In this document: positions 1 through 12,027 of the stretch, piece after piece
How positions within the stretch are numbered: the stretch's first letter is position 1
Layout: each line of letters opens with the position of its first letter
Source of the DNA: an uncultured Candidatus Rokubacteria bacterium
Lineage (GTDB): Bacteria; Methylomirabilota; Methylomirabilia; Rokubacteriales; CSP1-6
NCBI GenBank assembly: GCA_963754315.1
Contig: CAVWFS010000013.1
Coordinates: forward strand, 96,001-160,000
Direction: 5' to 3'
Length of the DNA stretch: 64,000 nucleotides
The notes under the pieces: generated by a model
The model's database searches: none
Told to the model about the DNA's origin: nothing
Seen by the model: only the letters and a program-made list of their open reading frames with translations
Position numbers and translations under genes: made by a program

Positions 1-200
1 TCGTGGATCACATCGCCGAGATGATGGCGCGGATCAACGCGGAGGGCGTGGCAATCCTGTTCATCGAGCAGAACGTGGAGCGGGCGCTCGGAATCGCCCA
101 TCGTGGCTTCGTGCTGGAGTCGGGCCGCACGGTCCTGGAGGGCCGCTCGCAGGATCTGCTGCGCTCGCCGCAGATCCGCCACGTGTTCCTGGGCGGCTGA
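1..200 (+). CDS. LivF-like branched-chain amino acid ABC ATP-binding protein, 3' end only
   Basis: ILFIEQNVERAL (Q/H switch) ... GFVLESGRTVLEG ... HVFLGG, a typical LivF C-terminus. Confidence 0.85.
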   Translation, partial: VDHIAEMMARINAEGVAILFIEQNVERALGIAHRGFVLESGRTVLEGRSQDLLRSPQIRHVFLGG

Positions 201-229
201 TCGACCAGCGGCTCGATCCATCCTGACCT

Positions 230-3200
230 TCAAGGTGTCGGTCGTTTCCTGACCTCTGCCTCGGCCTGTTCCAGCCAGAAGGCCATGTCCATCTCTCGAT
301 ACATCGTCGTCGCGATGGTGAGGTGTTCGCCAGCCTGGTCGAGCTTGCCTGTGCGCTGGTAGAGCTTACCGAGGCCGAGGTGGCAGTGGGCGACGAGCGG
401 GCGCGCGCCGAGTGCGCTGGCGAGGGCCAGCGCCCCGCGGTAGTGGCCTTCTGGGTCCTCGGCGCCGCGTGCCGACGCGATGTCACCGGCGAGGCAGAGG
501 GCGTGGGCTTCGTTTGCCCGCGCGCCCAGCCGGCGGGAAAGCACCAGGGCCTCTTCTGTGTGGCTCGCCGCTTCGTCGAACCGCCCGGCGGAGAGATAGG
601 TCGTTCCAGCGCAGAGAAGAGTGAACGGCGCCCAGCGCTGATTCTGGCGACGGCGGGATTCCTCGACGCCGCTTGCCACCAGCGCGATCGCCTCGTCGAC
701 GCGGCCGGCGAGGGCGTAGGTGGCGCCGAGGGCGGCGGCAACGAAGGGAACTCTGGCCACGATCTGCGACGTTCGTAAGAGATCGAGAGCCCGCTCGAGG
801 ATCCGGGTTGCGCGTGGCAGATCCCCCCGAGTCATGACGGCGAGTCCGAGACAGGGCAGCGCCCACGACAGCGTGAAGGTATGATCGGCCGCCTCTGCGG
901 TGCGTACGGCAGCCTCGCCGTGGCCGATGGCCTCGTCGAATCGGCCGAGCTGGGAGAGGACTTCGGCGAGGTTGGCCGCCGACAGCGACGATTGGATGGC
1001 GGGTGCCCCGAAGCGCTCGTAGCGCAGGTCGCCCTCGAGGGCGGCGTTCCGTTCGAGCAAGCGTGACCGCCTCCCCAAACTCGCCGAGGGCCGCGTACGT
1101 CATGCCCAGGAAGGTCGTGGGCACCACGGTCGCCCGATCGCCGAGGGTTCGCGCGAGGGCGAGGGCCTCCTGCCCAAATCTGACCCCCTCGGTGTAGTCG
1201 CCGCTGTTCAGGCACTGGATCACCATGAACGTCGCGATCCTCGCGAGTCGATGCTGGTCGCCGAGCGTCCTCGCCAGCACCTCCGCCTCGCGGAGGTGCT
1301 CCCTCATGCGCGCTCGCTCATCGAGGGGAAGGAGCGCGTTCCGGAGTTCGAGGTGAATGTCGACGGTCAGCTCGGTCATCTCGCGGCTCTCGGGGAGATG
1401 GCGAAGGGCCGGGAGCGCCCCTTCCAGGTGGGCGGCGGCCTCGCGGTAGGCGGCCCGCCCTGTAGCCCGCAACCCCGCCTGCCGCAGATAGGCAATGGCT
1501 TTCTGCCATAGTTCCCCGCGCAGGGCGTGGTGGGCCAGCCGCTCAGCCTGTTCGGCGACGCGCCCGACCGCGAGCTGTTCGATCGCTTCCGTGATGCGGG
1601 CGTGCAGGGCGCGTTGCCGTTCGCGGAGCAGTCCCCCGTAGGCGACTTCATGGGTGAGGGCGTGCTTGAACGTGTATTCCAGATCCGGAAAGAGCCGGGT
1701 CTCGTACAAGAACTCCGCGGCCTGAAGATCGGTGAGGGCGGCGCGCACGTCGGACTCCGGGGTGTCGGCGATAGCCAGGAGCAGCGGCAGGGGCACGTCC
1801 TTGCCGATGACCGCGGCGGCCTGGAGCAGTCGCTTGGCCTCGGGCGCCAGCCGATCGATACGGGCGGCCAGGATGGCCTGGACCGTGGCGGGAATCGTGA
1901 GTTGCTCGACGGGTCGGGTGAGCCGATAGCCACCGCGCTCGCCGACGATTGCGCTCGTCTCCGCCAGGGTCCGCACGCTCTCCTCGAGGAAGAAGGGATT
2001 CGCTTCCGTCCGCTCGACCAGGAGCCGCTTGAGCGAGGTCGAGCACGACATCCGCGCCGAGCAGCTCATCGAGCAGCTCCTCGGCGCTCTCGGGCGGCAG
2101 GGGATCGAGCCGGAGCTGGCGGTAGTAGGTTTTGCCACCCCACGTGTGCTGGTACTGGGGACGGTAGTTGACAAGGAGCAGAAGGCGCGCGGTCGGCAGG
2201 CTGTCCATGAGGCTGTCGAGGAAGGCCTGCGTCTCGCCGTCGATCCAGTGCAGGTCCTCGAAGATCAGAAGAAGCGGCTGTTCGCGCGCTTCCCGCAGCA
2301 GCACCCGCCTGACCGCGTCGAGGATGCGCTGCCGTCGCTGGCCGGGATCGAGCGCTTGCCACGCGGCATCGTCCACGGGCACGTCGAGCAAGGTTAGCAA
2401 GGCCGGCAAGGTCGGCCTCAAGGATTCGTCCAGGGTCAGCAGCTTGCCGGTGACCTTCTCCCGGATCTCGCGGAGATCGTCCCGGTCCTGGATCTTGAAG
2501 TAGGCCTTGAGGAGATCGATCACCGGGAGGTAGCTCGTTGCCTTGCCGTAAGACACCGAGGCGGATTCCAAGACGAGCCAGTCGTGCAGCCGATGGGAGT
2601 GGGTGAACTCGTAGACCAGGCGCGACTTTCCCACCCCTGCCTCGCCCACGATCGCCGCCACCTGGCCGTGCCCCTCCCCCGCATCGCTGCTGGGCGCGCC
2701 GAAGCTGTTCCAGCTCGGCATCGCGGCCCACGAATCGCGTGAGCCCGCGCCGGACCGCCGCCTGCAAGCGCGTTCGCACCGGCCCCTCGCCGGCCACTTC
2801 GAAGATCTCCACCGGCTCGCTCAGCCCCTTGACGTTGACCGGGCCGAGTGGCTTCACCTCGACGAAACCCTCGGCGAGGCGGAGCGTGTCGGCGCTCATG
2901 AGCACCGAACCCGGCATGGCGAGTTGCTCCATGCGGGCGGCGAGATGGGTGGTCTGGCCCACGGCTGTGTAGTCCATGTGCAGATCACTGCCGATCGACC
3001 GGACCACGACCTCGCCCGAGTTGAGCCCGACCCTGACATGGATGAGGGTTCCCTCGCGGCGGCGAACCTCCTCCGCGTACCGCTTGACCGATTGCTGCAT
3101 GCGGAGAGCGGCATAGCAGGCCCGCACGGCGTGGTCCTCGTGGGCGACCGGTGCTCCGAAGAGGGCCATGATGCCGTCACCCATCACCTGGTTGACGGTA

Positions 3201-3589
3201 CCCTCGTAGCGGTGAACGGCCTCCATCATGTGCTCCAGCACCGGGTCGAGCAGCTTGCGCGCCTCCTCGGGGTCACGGTCGGCCAGCAGCTCCATCGAGC
3301 CCTTGAGATCGGCAAACAGCACGGTGACCTGCTTCCGCTCGCCCTCCAGGGTGGCCTTGGAGGTCAAGATCTTCTCGGCGAGGTGCCGGGGCGTATAGAG
3401 CTCGGGCGCGGCGAAGCGCGGCTGCGCCCCGGAGACGATGCTCACCGGATGGGCGCACTCGAAGCAAAACTTCGCGGTTGGCGGTAGCTGCGTCCCGCAG
3501 TTGGCGCAGGCGAGCATAAGCGGCGCGGCGCACTCCAGGCAGAACTTTGCGTGCGGCGGGTTCTCCTGCTGGCACCGGGGGCACCTCAT
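230..3589 (-). CDS. Double zinc ribbon + class III adenylate/guanylate cyclase + AAA/STAND ATPase + TPR protein (about 3 apparent frameshifts)
   Basis: CPRC..CLEC..CANC..CFEC; VTVLFADLKGS, GDGIMALFG; Walker A GEAGVGKS, Walker B LLIFEDLHW; YTFKHAL; TPR-like C-terminus. Spread over ORFs 2066-3598, 1648-2721, 483-2174 and 230-1078. Confidence 0.9.
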
Positions 3590-3594
3590 GCTGG

Positions 3595-4023
3595 TCACTC
3601 GTGCTCGGCCGAGAGTACGGCGAGGAAGGCGCGCGCATCCACAATGGCGACGTCGCGGAACTGTCTCACCGCCAGCAAGTCATCGTCGCCCGTAACCAGG
3701 TAGTCGGCACCCCCGGCTGCTGCGCACCCGAGTAAGTAGTCGTCGTCGGGGTCGCGGCAGACGCCGGGAGCTTGCCCGTGGGGAAGCAGGAGGGCTTCCG
3801 CACTCAAGAGCTCGAGGAACGCGTGTCGATCGCTTGGCACGATACGGTATTTGTTCACGATCTTCGGCCGGCTCAGAACCTCTCCCACCTCCTCGATCTG
3901 GCCCGGGGCCAGGAGGAGCACGAAGGCCCGGTTACGCCAAGCGTCGATGAGCTGTCGCTGCAAGCCCCGAGCGCTGAGAAGGCTGCTGACGAGCTGGTTC
4001 GTGTCCGGCAGCGCTTTAAGCAC
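3595..4023 (-). CDS. PIN-domain toxin (putative TA toxin)
   Basis: DTNQLVS ... CRDPDDDYLLGCA ... YLVTGDDDLL. Confidence 0.9.
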   Translation of the reverse strand: MLKALPDTNQLVSSLLSARGLQRQLIDAWRNRAFVLLLAPGQIEEVGEVLSRPKIVNKYRIVPSDRHAFLELLSAEALLLPHGQAPGVCRDPDDDYLLGCAAAGGADYLVTGDDDLLAVRQFRDVAIVDARAFLAVLSAEHE

Positions 4024-4339
4024 GCCGCCGGCGGCGAGTCAGCTTCAGAGCCTCTCGTACGTCGCGCTGGACCTCGCGGTCCGGGACGGACGGAAGCCGC
4101 CGGCGAATCCGGTCGACAACCTCGAACCTGGTGTCGCGCTCGGCGATCACCCGCTGGAACTCCTGGGCGCTGATGATCCCGACCATCGGCACCCCTGACT
4201 TTTCGACCAGGACCCGGACCTGGCCACCCTGAACCTCCTTCATGATCTGACCGAACTGCGTCCGGGCTTCCAGGGCGGGGATCGTCTTGACCTTCAAGGT
4301 TCCGGCCTCCGGTAATGAAGACTGAGTAGTTCTAATCAT
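4016..4339 (-). CDS. Phd/YefM family antitoxin
   Basis: TIPALEARTQFGQIMKEV...VLVEKSGVPMVGII; overlaps the PIN toxin start. True start may be downstream of 4339. Confidence 0.85.
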   Translation of the reverse strand: MIRTTQSSLPEAGTLKVKTIPALEARTQFGQIMKEVQGGQVRVLVEKSGVPMVGIISAQEFQRVIAERDTRFEVVDRIRRRLPSVPDREVQRDVREALKLTRRRRRA

Positions 4340-4354
4340 ACCTGATGAGCGGGA

Positions 4355-4404
4355 GATTTCGGTGACTGGCCCACGTCGTGCTGCTGGATGGACTGCTGCG
4401 CTGA
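4355..4404 (+). pseudogene. Relic of the 3' end of a homologue of the Ser/Thr kinase gene
   Basis: 4355-4373 matches 8025-8043 at 18/19; 4375-4404 matches 8121-8150 at 27/30 including the stop codon. Confidence 0.8.
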
Positions 4405-4420
4405 GGACCCCCGATCGCCC

Positions 4421-5370
4421 TCACTGGATCACTTCATCGGCGCGCGAGGATCAACGTTTGAGGGATGGTGAGCCCGATGTCCTTGGCCGTCTTTCAGATT
4501 CACGATGAGGCTGAACTTCGAGGGCCGCTCCACCGGGAGGTCAGCGGGGCGCGCGCCGCGCAACACGCGGTCGACGTAGCCGGCGAGCTGGCGCCACATC
4601 GACGGGAAGTCGGGCCCGTACGCCATCAGCCCGCCGGAGCCGGGGTAGGGCGAGAAGGGGCTGATCGAAGGCACCCGGCTCTGGCGCGCCAGCTGGGCGA
4701 TCCGAGGCAGGGAGACAAACACCACCGGTGCGGTCAGGAGGACGATCGCCTGCGGGCGCTTGGCCAGCAGATGTTTCATCGCCTCGTCGATCTCTGTCGT
4801 TTGACGCAATGCCGCCGTGAGCAGGCTCATATTGGCCGTGCGACTGATGGACTGCAGCTCCGCGAATTGCGGTTGCCCGATCCGATCATCCCAGACGACG
4901 CCAAGGCGGTTGAGGGACGGCAAGACTTCCCTGAGGAACTGGACTTGCTTGCCCGCGATTTCCGGCAGATCCATCCATATACCGGTGACGTTCCCTCCCG
5001 GCCGGGCCAGCGTCTTGACGAACCCGCTTGCCACTGGGTCGGACTCGAGATCCACTGCGAGGATCGGGATCGCTGTGGTGGCCCGCATCGCACCGCGGAG
5101 CCGATGGGGACCGCCCGTGACCAGCACATCGGTTGGAGTGTTTGCCACGTACTCCTGAACTCGTGCCTCGCTGTCCTCAGCGCGCCACTCGAATGCGATG
5201 TTGCTCCCCTCGACCCAACCGCGCTCGCGCAGCGCCTCGACCAGCGCGTCTCTGACTGGGCGCGCCGAGTAGATTCCGACCCGATGAACTCGAGGCTGCG
5301 CGGTGACCCCGGGCGGCGCCGTGAGCGCTGCCACGATCCCCACGATGACCTTGCGGCGAGAGACTCTCAC
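4421..5370 (-). CDS. ABC transporter substrate-binding protein (ABC_sub_bind type), frameshift near the C-terminus
   Basis: DPVASGFVKTLARPGGNVTG, GGLMAYGPD, RGARPADLPVERPSKFSLIVNLK; ARADEVIQ* lies in another frame. Start chosen at GTG 5370. Confidence 0.85.
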
Positions 5371-5518
5371 GGCGGCGGCTACCCTCAGATCCCCTTGATG
5401 ACGTGACTTCGCCGCTGACGTTACCATAGTCACCCAGCATCATCCTGGTCGAGCCGCGCGAGTTCCCCGAAGACGTTGAGGATCGAGGGCAGCCTCCGCC
5501 TGAGATAGACTCCTGACG

Positions 5519-8150
5519 ATGGCCGAGCGGACGCTGCTGCACTATCGCGTGCTGGAGAAGATCGGCGCCGGCGGCATGGGCGAGGTGTACCGCGCGCTCG
5601 ATAGCAAGCTGAACCGCGAGGTGGCGATCAAGATCCTGCCCGAGGCGTTCGCCAACGATCCCGAGCGCGTCGCTCGCCTGCGCCGGGAAGCGCAGCTCCT
5701 CGCCGCCCTGAACCACCCCAACATCGCCGCCGTCTACGACCTGGAACAGGCGGACGGGCAGTGGTTCCTGGTGCTCGAGCTGGTGCCAGGGAAGACGCTG
5801 GCCGAACAGCTGCAGAAGGGCCCGCTGCCGTTGTCTCAGGCCCTCTCCGTCGGCCACCAGATCGCCGAAGCGCTGGAGGCCGCGCACGAAAAGGGCATCA
5901 TTCATCGGGACCTGAAGCCAGCCAACGTCAAGCTCACTGCAGATGGGCACGTGAAACTGCTCGACTTCGGCCTGGCCAAGATCAACCCGGTACGCGACGG
6001 TTCGGCGGACCAAACGTCGGCCGAGACCCGGGCAGAATTCACCGAGCCCGGCCTCGTGCTGGGAACTGTTGCCTACATGAGCCCCGAGCAAGCCCGCGGC
6101 GAGCCGGTCGACCGTCGCAGTGACATCTGGGCTTTCGGCTGCGTGCTGTACGAGATTCTCACCGGCCGGCGACTGTTCGCCGCGAAGACCGCGTCCGACA
6201 CGATGGCCGAGATCCTGCGTGGCGATCCGAAGCTGGAAGGGTTGCCGGCCGCCACGCCACCATCCGTCCGCGTCCTGCTGGAGCGCTGTCTACGCCACGA
6301 TCGTTCGCGTCGGCTGCGCGACGTGGGCGATGCGCGCCTCGAGCTGGAGGACGAGCGTGCCGCCGCCCCGCCACCGGCCCCCGCACGCGCAACGCGACGC
6401 GCCCTGTGGATGCTGGCCGGCGTGCTCTTGGCGGCTCTTGTCCTTGGAGCTGCGTGGTGGCAGATGCAGCCAAAGCAGGAATCCGCATCGAACGTTCAGT
6501 TCCAGCGGCTCACGGATTCCCTGGGCATGGAGGAGTCGCCGGCCATCTCCCCCGACGGCAAGGCCGTCGCCTTTGTCGCGCCCACGGGCGGCCGGCGCCA
6601 CATCTGGGTACGTTTGCTGGCCGGTGGGGTTCCGCTTCAGATCACGCGCGACGATGCGGATCACCAGCAACCGCGCTGGGCGCCTGACTCCAGCTCCCTC
6701 ATCTATTACTCGCCTGCCGGCACCCCCGGCGAGCAAGGAACCATCTGGGAGGTCTCCGCCCTGGGCGGCGCGCCGCGGCGCGTGACAGCCGCCTCGAGCG
6801 GCGGCGATGTCAGCCATGACGGCCGTCGGATCGTCCTGTTCCGGGAGCAGGGCGGGCACGACGGAGCTGGCCATCGTCACGCGCGACGGCTCGAGCGTAA
6901 ACGTCGTGAAACAGCTTTCGGGGGACGCCCTCTATGATTCGCCCCGCTGGTCGCCCGACAACCACGCCATTGCCTACCAGCGATTGAGCCATGTCGGGTT
7001 CGATGCTCGTGTGTACATCGTCGCCGCCTCCGGTGGGGAGCCGCGACAAGTCGCGCGCGGCGACAATGTGCGCGGCATCGCGTGGCTGCCAGACTCGTCC
7101 GGCCTCATCGTCAGCTCCTCGCTGGGGAGCACGCTGCTCTACCCACCGATCCTCAATCTGCGCACGGTGGCCCGAGATGGCACCGGGGAACGGCAGCTCA
7201 CCTTCGGTGACGCCTCATACGTGGAGCCGGATGCTCACGCATCGGGCAAGCTGCTGGCCACGCGGGTCAAGATCCGGTCCAACATCTGGAAGTATCCCGT
7301 CACCGGATCGGCCGCCGAGAATGTTCGCGCCGGCATCAGGATCACGAACCAGACGGGGCAAACGCAGACGCCATCGCCCAGCCCCGACGACCAGGAGGTG
7401 GTGTATCTCTCCGACAGCGGTGGGCACGCCAATCTCTGGGTGGCCCGGACCGATGGTTCGGGCCTTCGCCAAATCACGTCCCAGCGCGATCCTACTGTTG
7501 CCGTGGGCATTCCGCTCTGGTCGCCGGCGGGGAGTAGCATTGCTTTCCGCCTCATGCGGGGAGGCACGAGCCAGATAAACCTGATTCAGGCCGACGGCAG
7601 CGGCCTGCGTGAGATTGTCCCGCGTGGTATGTGGGCGAGCTGGTCTGGCGATGGCCGATGGCTTTACTACGTTCCAGCGCGCGACACAACCTACTCCGTC
7701 GAGAAGGTTCCGATCGACGGCGGCCCTCCGCTTGTCGTGCGCCGGGACAATGCGGGTGGCCCCGCCCTGTCCCCGGACGGGACGACGCTCTACTTTGTCA
7801 CTCCTCTCAAGCGAGGCGGCTGGGAAGTTCGGAAGGCGCGACCGGAGGACGGTCCGTCTCAGGTTCTTGCTCGGATCGTCGGCTCGCGGGTTCCGGTCAA
7901 CCCACTGCTCGTCCAACCGACCGTGTCACCCGACGGCAAGTGGATCGCCCTGCCCCTCATCGACGGCGTGACGACCAATCTCTGGGCGCTGTCCACCGAA
8001 GGTGGGCCCATGCAGAAGCTCACCGATTTCGGTGATTGGCCCATCATCATCGCGCGGCGCGTCGCGTGGTCAGCCGACAGCCGGCACATCTACGCCGCGG
8101 TAGCGGAACTGGACGCTGATGTCGTGCTGCTCGACGGACTGCTCCGCTGA
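5519..8150 (+). CDS. Ser/Thr protein kinase with TM segment and TolB/PD40 beta-propeller sensor domain (frameshift near 6855)
   Basis: GAGGMGEVY, VAIK, HRDLKPANV, DFGLAK, GTVAYMSPEQ; hydrophobic TM; repeated SPDG/WSPD motifs. Confidence 0.92.
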
Positions 8151-8194
8151 TTCCTCGGTCTGCGCATCTGAGCCCTCTCACCAAGTCCATCGGC

Positions 8195-9324
8195 TCATGA
8201 CCGAGCCTGAGCGAGGCGCTCCACGTGCAATCCTTTCCAGAGATGCAGAAGCGGATCGTGACCAAGGGCAAGCCGGGCCAGGATGTCTCCCACGGCTGGA
8301 GCAAGAGCAAACCCGTGGCCGGAGAAGCCGGCGGCGACGAGCAGGCCCTCGACGCCACCAATCGGGCCCAGAATCGGCAGGCCGTCGGGCATGAACGCCT
8401 CGATGCCGACCCAGCTCTGCACGACGGTACGCCGCTCCAGCGGCGCATAGACACCGCGGGCGACGGCGAAACTCCCGTGCACGCTTTCGTCGAGGACGCG
8501 GCCGCGGTTCGCTGACTCGTCGGGGATCACACCCGGCCAGCCCCCGCCGATCAGATACGCGCCCCCGGAAAGCTGCTTGAGGCTGAGTTGACCGCCGATG
8601 CGTCCCAGCACCGGTATTGGAGCGGATGGCCCCGGGTCGGTGAGTAGCATCTGGAGCCCGCGCGCCGTCAGCGGGACCGGAACGCCGAGGGGAGCGAGGA
8701 GCGTGGTCGTCCACGCTCCGGCGGCCACGACCGCGACATCACACGGCACGCGCGTGCCGTCGCGCATTGCGACGCCCACGATCCGGTTCGCCTCGACGAG
8801 GATCGATGCCACGGCCACCCCCTCACGAATGGCGGCGCCGAGCCGCCGAGCGGCGGCCGCAAAGCTGTGAACGGTGGACAGCGCGTCGGCCTGACCATCG
8901 ATGCGGACAGTGGATACCCCCCACTACCGCCGGCGACAGCCCGGGGGCGATCGATCGCGCCCCAGGCCCGTCGACCAGCTCGACCGGCACACCGTCCGCT
9001 CGCTGCGCGGCCACGTCGGCCTGGACTTGGGCCTGCTCGGCTGCGCTCTCCGCGACCCGCAGACCCCCTCCGCGCCGGTAGCCCGTCGAACCCTCGAGCT
9101 CACGGTCAAGGTCGGGCCAACGGGCCAGACTCACCAGAGCAATCGCCCGCTCGGCCGGGTCGCGGCCCATGACGCGCACCCCGGCTGCGCTCGCTCCTGA
9201 GGCCCCGGCCCCCACCTCCGCGCGCTCGACGACGGTCACGCGTGTCCGCCGGATCGGCGCGGCGTAGATGCCACGCCGTGCTGAGTCCGACCAGTCCACC
9301 GCCGATGACCACGACCGCCGTCAC
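8195..9324 (-). CDS. FAD-dependent oxidoreductase, DAO/sarcosine oxidase beta family (frameshifted)
   Basis: VVVIGGGLVGLSTAW, GAGASGASAAG, VVAAGAW, PDGLPILG, GFSGHGFALAP. Confidence 0.85.
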
Positions 9325-9448
9325 GCCCTGAGACCCGATCCGCCGCAAGGATGAACAAATGAGCAATGTTTGCCCTCTACCGAGCAAGATTTTCACGCGC
9401 CGGACTCGGGTCTGGCGCGACCCGCCCGAACGTAGCACACGCGAGGCC

Positions 9449-9463
9449 TGGCTCGCTTCTTGC
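9449..9463 (+). promoter_or_regulatory. Putative sigma-54 (-24/-12) promoter
   Basis: TGGCTCGCTTCTTGC = GG-N10-GC, 26 nt upstream of ATG 9490; relatively AT-rich tract at 9350-9395. Confidence 0.55.
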
Positions 9464-9489
9464 CCATTGGCTTCACTATAGGCGACTCT

Positions 9490-9949
9490 ATGAGAGAAGG
9501 CAGAAGGACGGAACAGGTGGTGCTTCTTGATCGCCGGCCTTCTGTTGGCCACGGGGGCGTGGGCCAAGAAAATCACCGCAGCGGGAAGCGTGACCCTTGT
9601 GCAGTGCGCTGGTATCGACGCCAGCGGGAACTGCCTAGCGCCGAGCATACCGGCCGGCCTCATCGTGACCGCCGTGACCGGCAAGCGCCACCTGAAGGAC
9701 AACATCACGCAACAGCTCCCGCTGCCCGGCCCCCTCTACGCGCTCGCGTTCTTCGTGGAAGGAGACAAGAACAAACCGCACGACGACGACTTCGATACGC
9801 AACTGGTACTGGTCAATACTGACACGGCGAATCCGATGATCGTGCGGACGATCGTCAAGAATTCCAGCGGGGTGGTGCTCTTCAACATCGATCGAACTCT
9901 TGCGGCCGGCGGCACCGCCGTGGTCGTCCTCTCGGACGAGCTGGACTAG
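9490..9949 (+). CDS. Hypothetical secreted protein (probable frameshift in the signal peptide)
   Basis: ORF 9527-9949 with IAGLLLATGAWA signal-like segment and gene-like codon usage; ATG 9490 is in an adjacent frame. Confidence 0.65.
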
Positions 9950-10018
9950 CCGCCCGCTCGCGAAGTCATCCCCTCTCATCCAGGGCCTTGCTACCATCAG
10001 ACGGACCTGGAGAGGGGC

Positions 10019-11103
10019 ATGGCTACCATCGAGCTGGTCGACGTGTGCAAGACGCTCAAGGAGGAGGGGGCCGCGAGGCTCGACGTTTTCCATCCAGAAT
10101 CTGAACCTGACCATTCCCGATGGCCAGACCATGGTCGTGCTGGGTCCGAGCGGGTGCGGCAAGACCACGCTCCTCAAGATCATCGCCGGGCTCATCCCGC
10201 CGGACTCCGGGGAAGTGCGCTACGACGGCGTGAACGTCAAGGACCTTCCCCCCGGCCAGCGGCGTCTGGGCATGGTCTTTCAGAACTATGCCCTCTATCC
10301 GCACTTCACCTCCAGGACGAACGTCTTGTCGTATTTCCTGTTCAGGAAGAAGACGCCCGAACTGAACGCGCTCGCCGCCGCCAAGTACCAGCGGACCAGC
10401 GAGCTCATGGGCGTCGAGCTCGCCCATCTCCTCGATCGCAAGCCGACCACCCTATCTGGCGGGGAGAAGCAGCGAGTGGCCCTCGGGCGCTGCATCACGC
10501 GAGACGCCACGCTCTTCCTGGTCGACGAGCCCTTCGCCAATCTCGATCAAGCGCTGCGCGAGAAGTATCGCGTGAACCTGAAGATCTTGCTGCGGCAGTT
10601 CGACATCACGACGGTCTACGTGACTCACGATCACCATGAAGCCCTGATTCTCGCCGATCTGGTGGCGGTGATGGACCGGGGGACGATCGAGCAGATCGGA
10701 ACATACCAATCGATCTACAACCACCCGAGGAACGTATTCGTGGCCGGCTTCCTGAACTTACATATGGGCACTCCGCCCATCAATCTTCTCGACGCACGAC
10801 ACCTGCCGGAGGGGCAGCGACTCGGCGACGTCTGGGCTGGCGTGCGTCCCGAGGATGTCGAGATTTCCACCGAGCGAGATGCGGAGCGTGTGCGGGGGAC
10901 GATCGTCGAGCACGTGCGCTTCCCGCTCAAGAACACCACGCTCTCGGTCATTCGCGTCGGAGAGCACGAGCTTCACGCCCAGACCTCGTCGGGCGGGACC
11001 TCTCCGCCAAGGCGCCGAGGTCTGGCTCACCTTCAAGCGCTATCACCTGTTTGACAAGGAGTCGGGCCTGAGAGTACCCACCGACGCCGCGCGACGGGCT
11101 TGA
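10019..11103 (+). CDS. MalK/UgpC-like ABC ATP-binding protein (frameshifted)
   Basis: GPSGCGKTT, MVFQNYALYPH, LSGGEKQRVALGR, DEPFANLD, YVTHD. Confidence 0.9.
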
Positions 11104-11123
11104 AGGCGAGCAGCCCGCCCGCC

Positions 11124-11159
11124 GCGTCGTCGGCGTGACGGGGTCCGCGCCGACGACGC
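11124..11159. terminator. 12-bp perfect inverted repeat between convergent genes (terminator- or REP-like)
   Basis: GCGTCGTCGGCG-N12-CGCCGACGACGC; no U-tract. Confidence 0.5.
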
Positions 11160-11172
11160 CGAACCGGCGGCG

Positions 11173-11976
11173 CTATCCCGGCAGCTTCCAGCCGAGCCAG
11201 GTGCACACGGCGCGTCCCATGATCAGCTCCTTGTCCTTGGCCGACAGCCACGGCAGTTCCTCCGTGAACATGGTCACGCACTGTCGCCACGAGCAGGGCA
11301 TGCGCGTGATGTCGGTCCCCCAGAACATCCTCTCGGGCCCGAAGGCATCGTAGAGCGCCCGGATATGTCCGTGAATATCGCGGTACGGGTAGGCCTCGCT
11401 TGAGTAGCTGGGCGCCCCCGTGGCCTTGAGCGCCACGTTGCGATGCTTGGCGGCGGCCACCAGCTGGGGCAGGTTCGACCACGCCGCATCGGGTCGGCCG
11501 AAGTGATCGACGATCAGCTTGAGCCCCGGATGTCGCTCCGCGATCGAGCCGATTACCTGCAAGAGGCCGGGGCCGAGAAGGGCGACCGGGAGTCCCGCCC
11601 GCTCGGCGGCGGCCCATAGCCAGTCGAGGGTCCCATCGGTCAGCCACGTCTGCTGATGCGGCTGCAACAACGCGAAGCGCAGCCCAAGCATTCCCGGACG
11701 GCTCTTGATGCCGTCCACTATGGTCCGGCTTTCCGGTCGGTCGAGCGGGAAATTTCCGAGGATGGCGAGCCGATTGGGGTGCTGGCGCGCCGCCTCCACG
11801 GCGAGCGCGTTAGAATCGGGATCCCAGCCGGGTGGATGGATGAGAGCGGCGTTGACCCCGCCTTCATCCATTTCCTTCAGCACGTCGGCCGCCGTGTAGT
11901 CGGCCACCTGACGATGGTTGGGGTTGGTCGGCTTGTGGTTCTTCCAGATGTGGATCTGAGCGTCGACGATCAGCAT
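11173..11976 (-). CDS. Amidohydrolase_2 family protein
   Basis: IVDAQIHIW, IVDHFG, FGPERMFWGTD. Confidence 0.9.
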   Translation of the reverse strand: MLIVDAQIHIWKNHKPTNPNHRQVADYTAADVLKEMDEGGVNAALIHPPGWDPDSNALAVEAARQHPNRLAILGNFPLDRPESRTIVDGIKSRPGMLGLRFALLQPHQQTWLTDGTLDWLWAAAERAGLPVALLGPGLLQVIGSIAERHPGLKLIVDHFGRPDAAWSNLPQLVAAAKHRNVALKATGAPSYSSEAYPYRDIHGHIRALYDAFGPERMFWGTDITRMPCSWRQCVTMFTEELPWLSAKDKELIMGRAVCTWLGWKLPG

Positions 11977-12027
11977 GAGCGTTGCCTTCCTTTCTGACTC
12001 GGCGCCGTTGATCTGCGCCGTCTGGGG

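Noticed and set aside
230..8150. Programmed ribosomal frameshifting in the cyclase or kinase
   Set aside because: No slippery heptamer with a downstream structure was evident, and frameshifts are window-wide.
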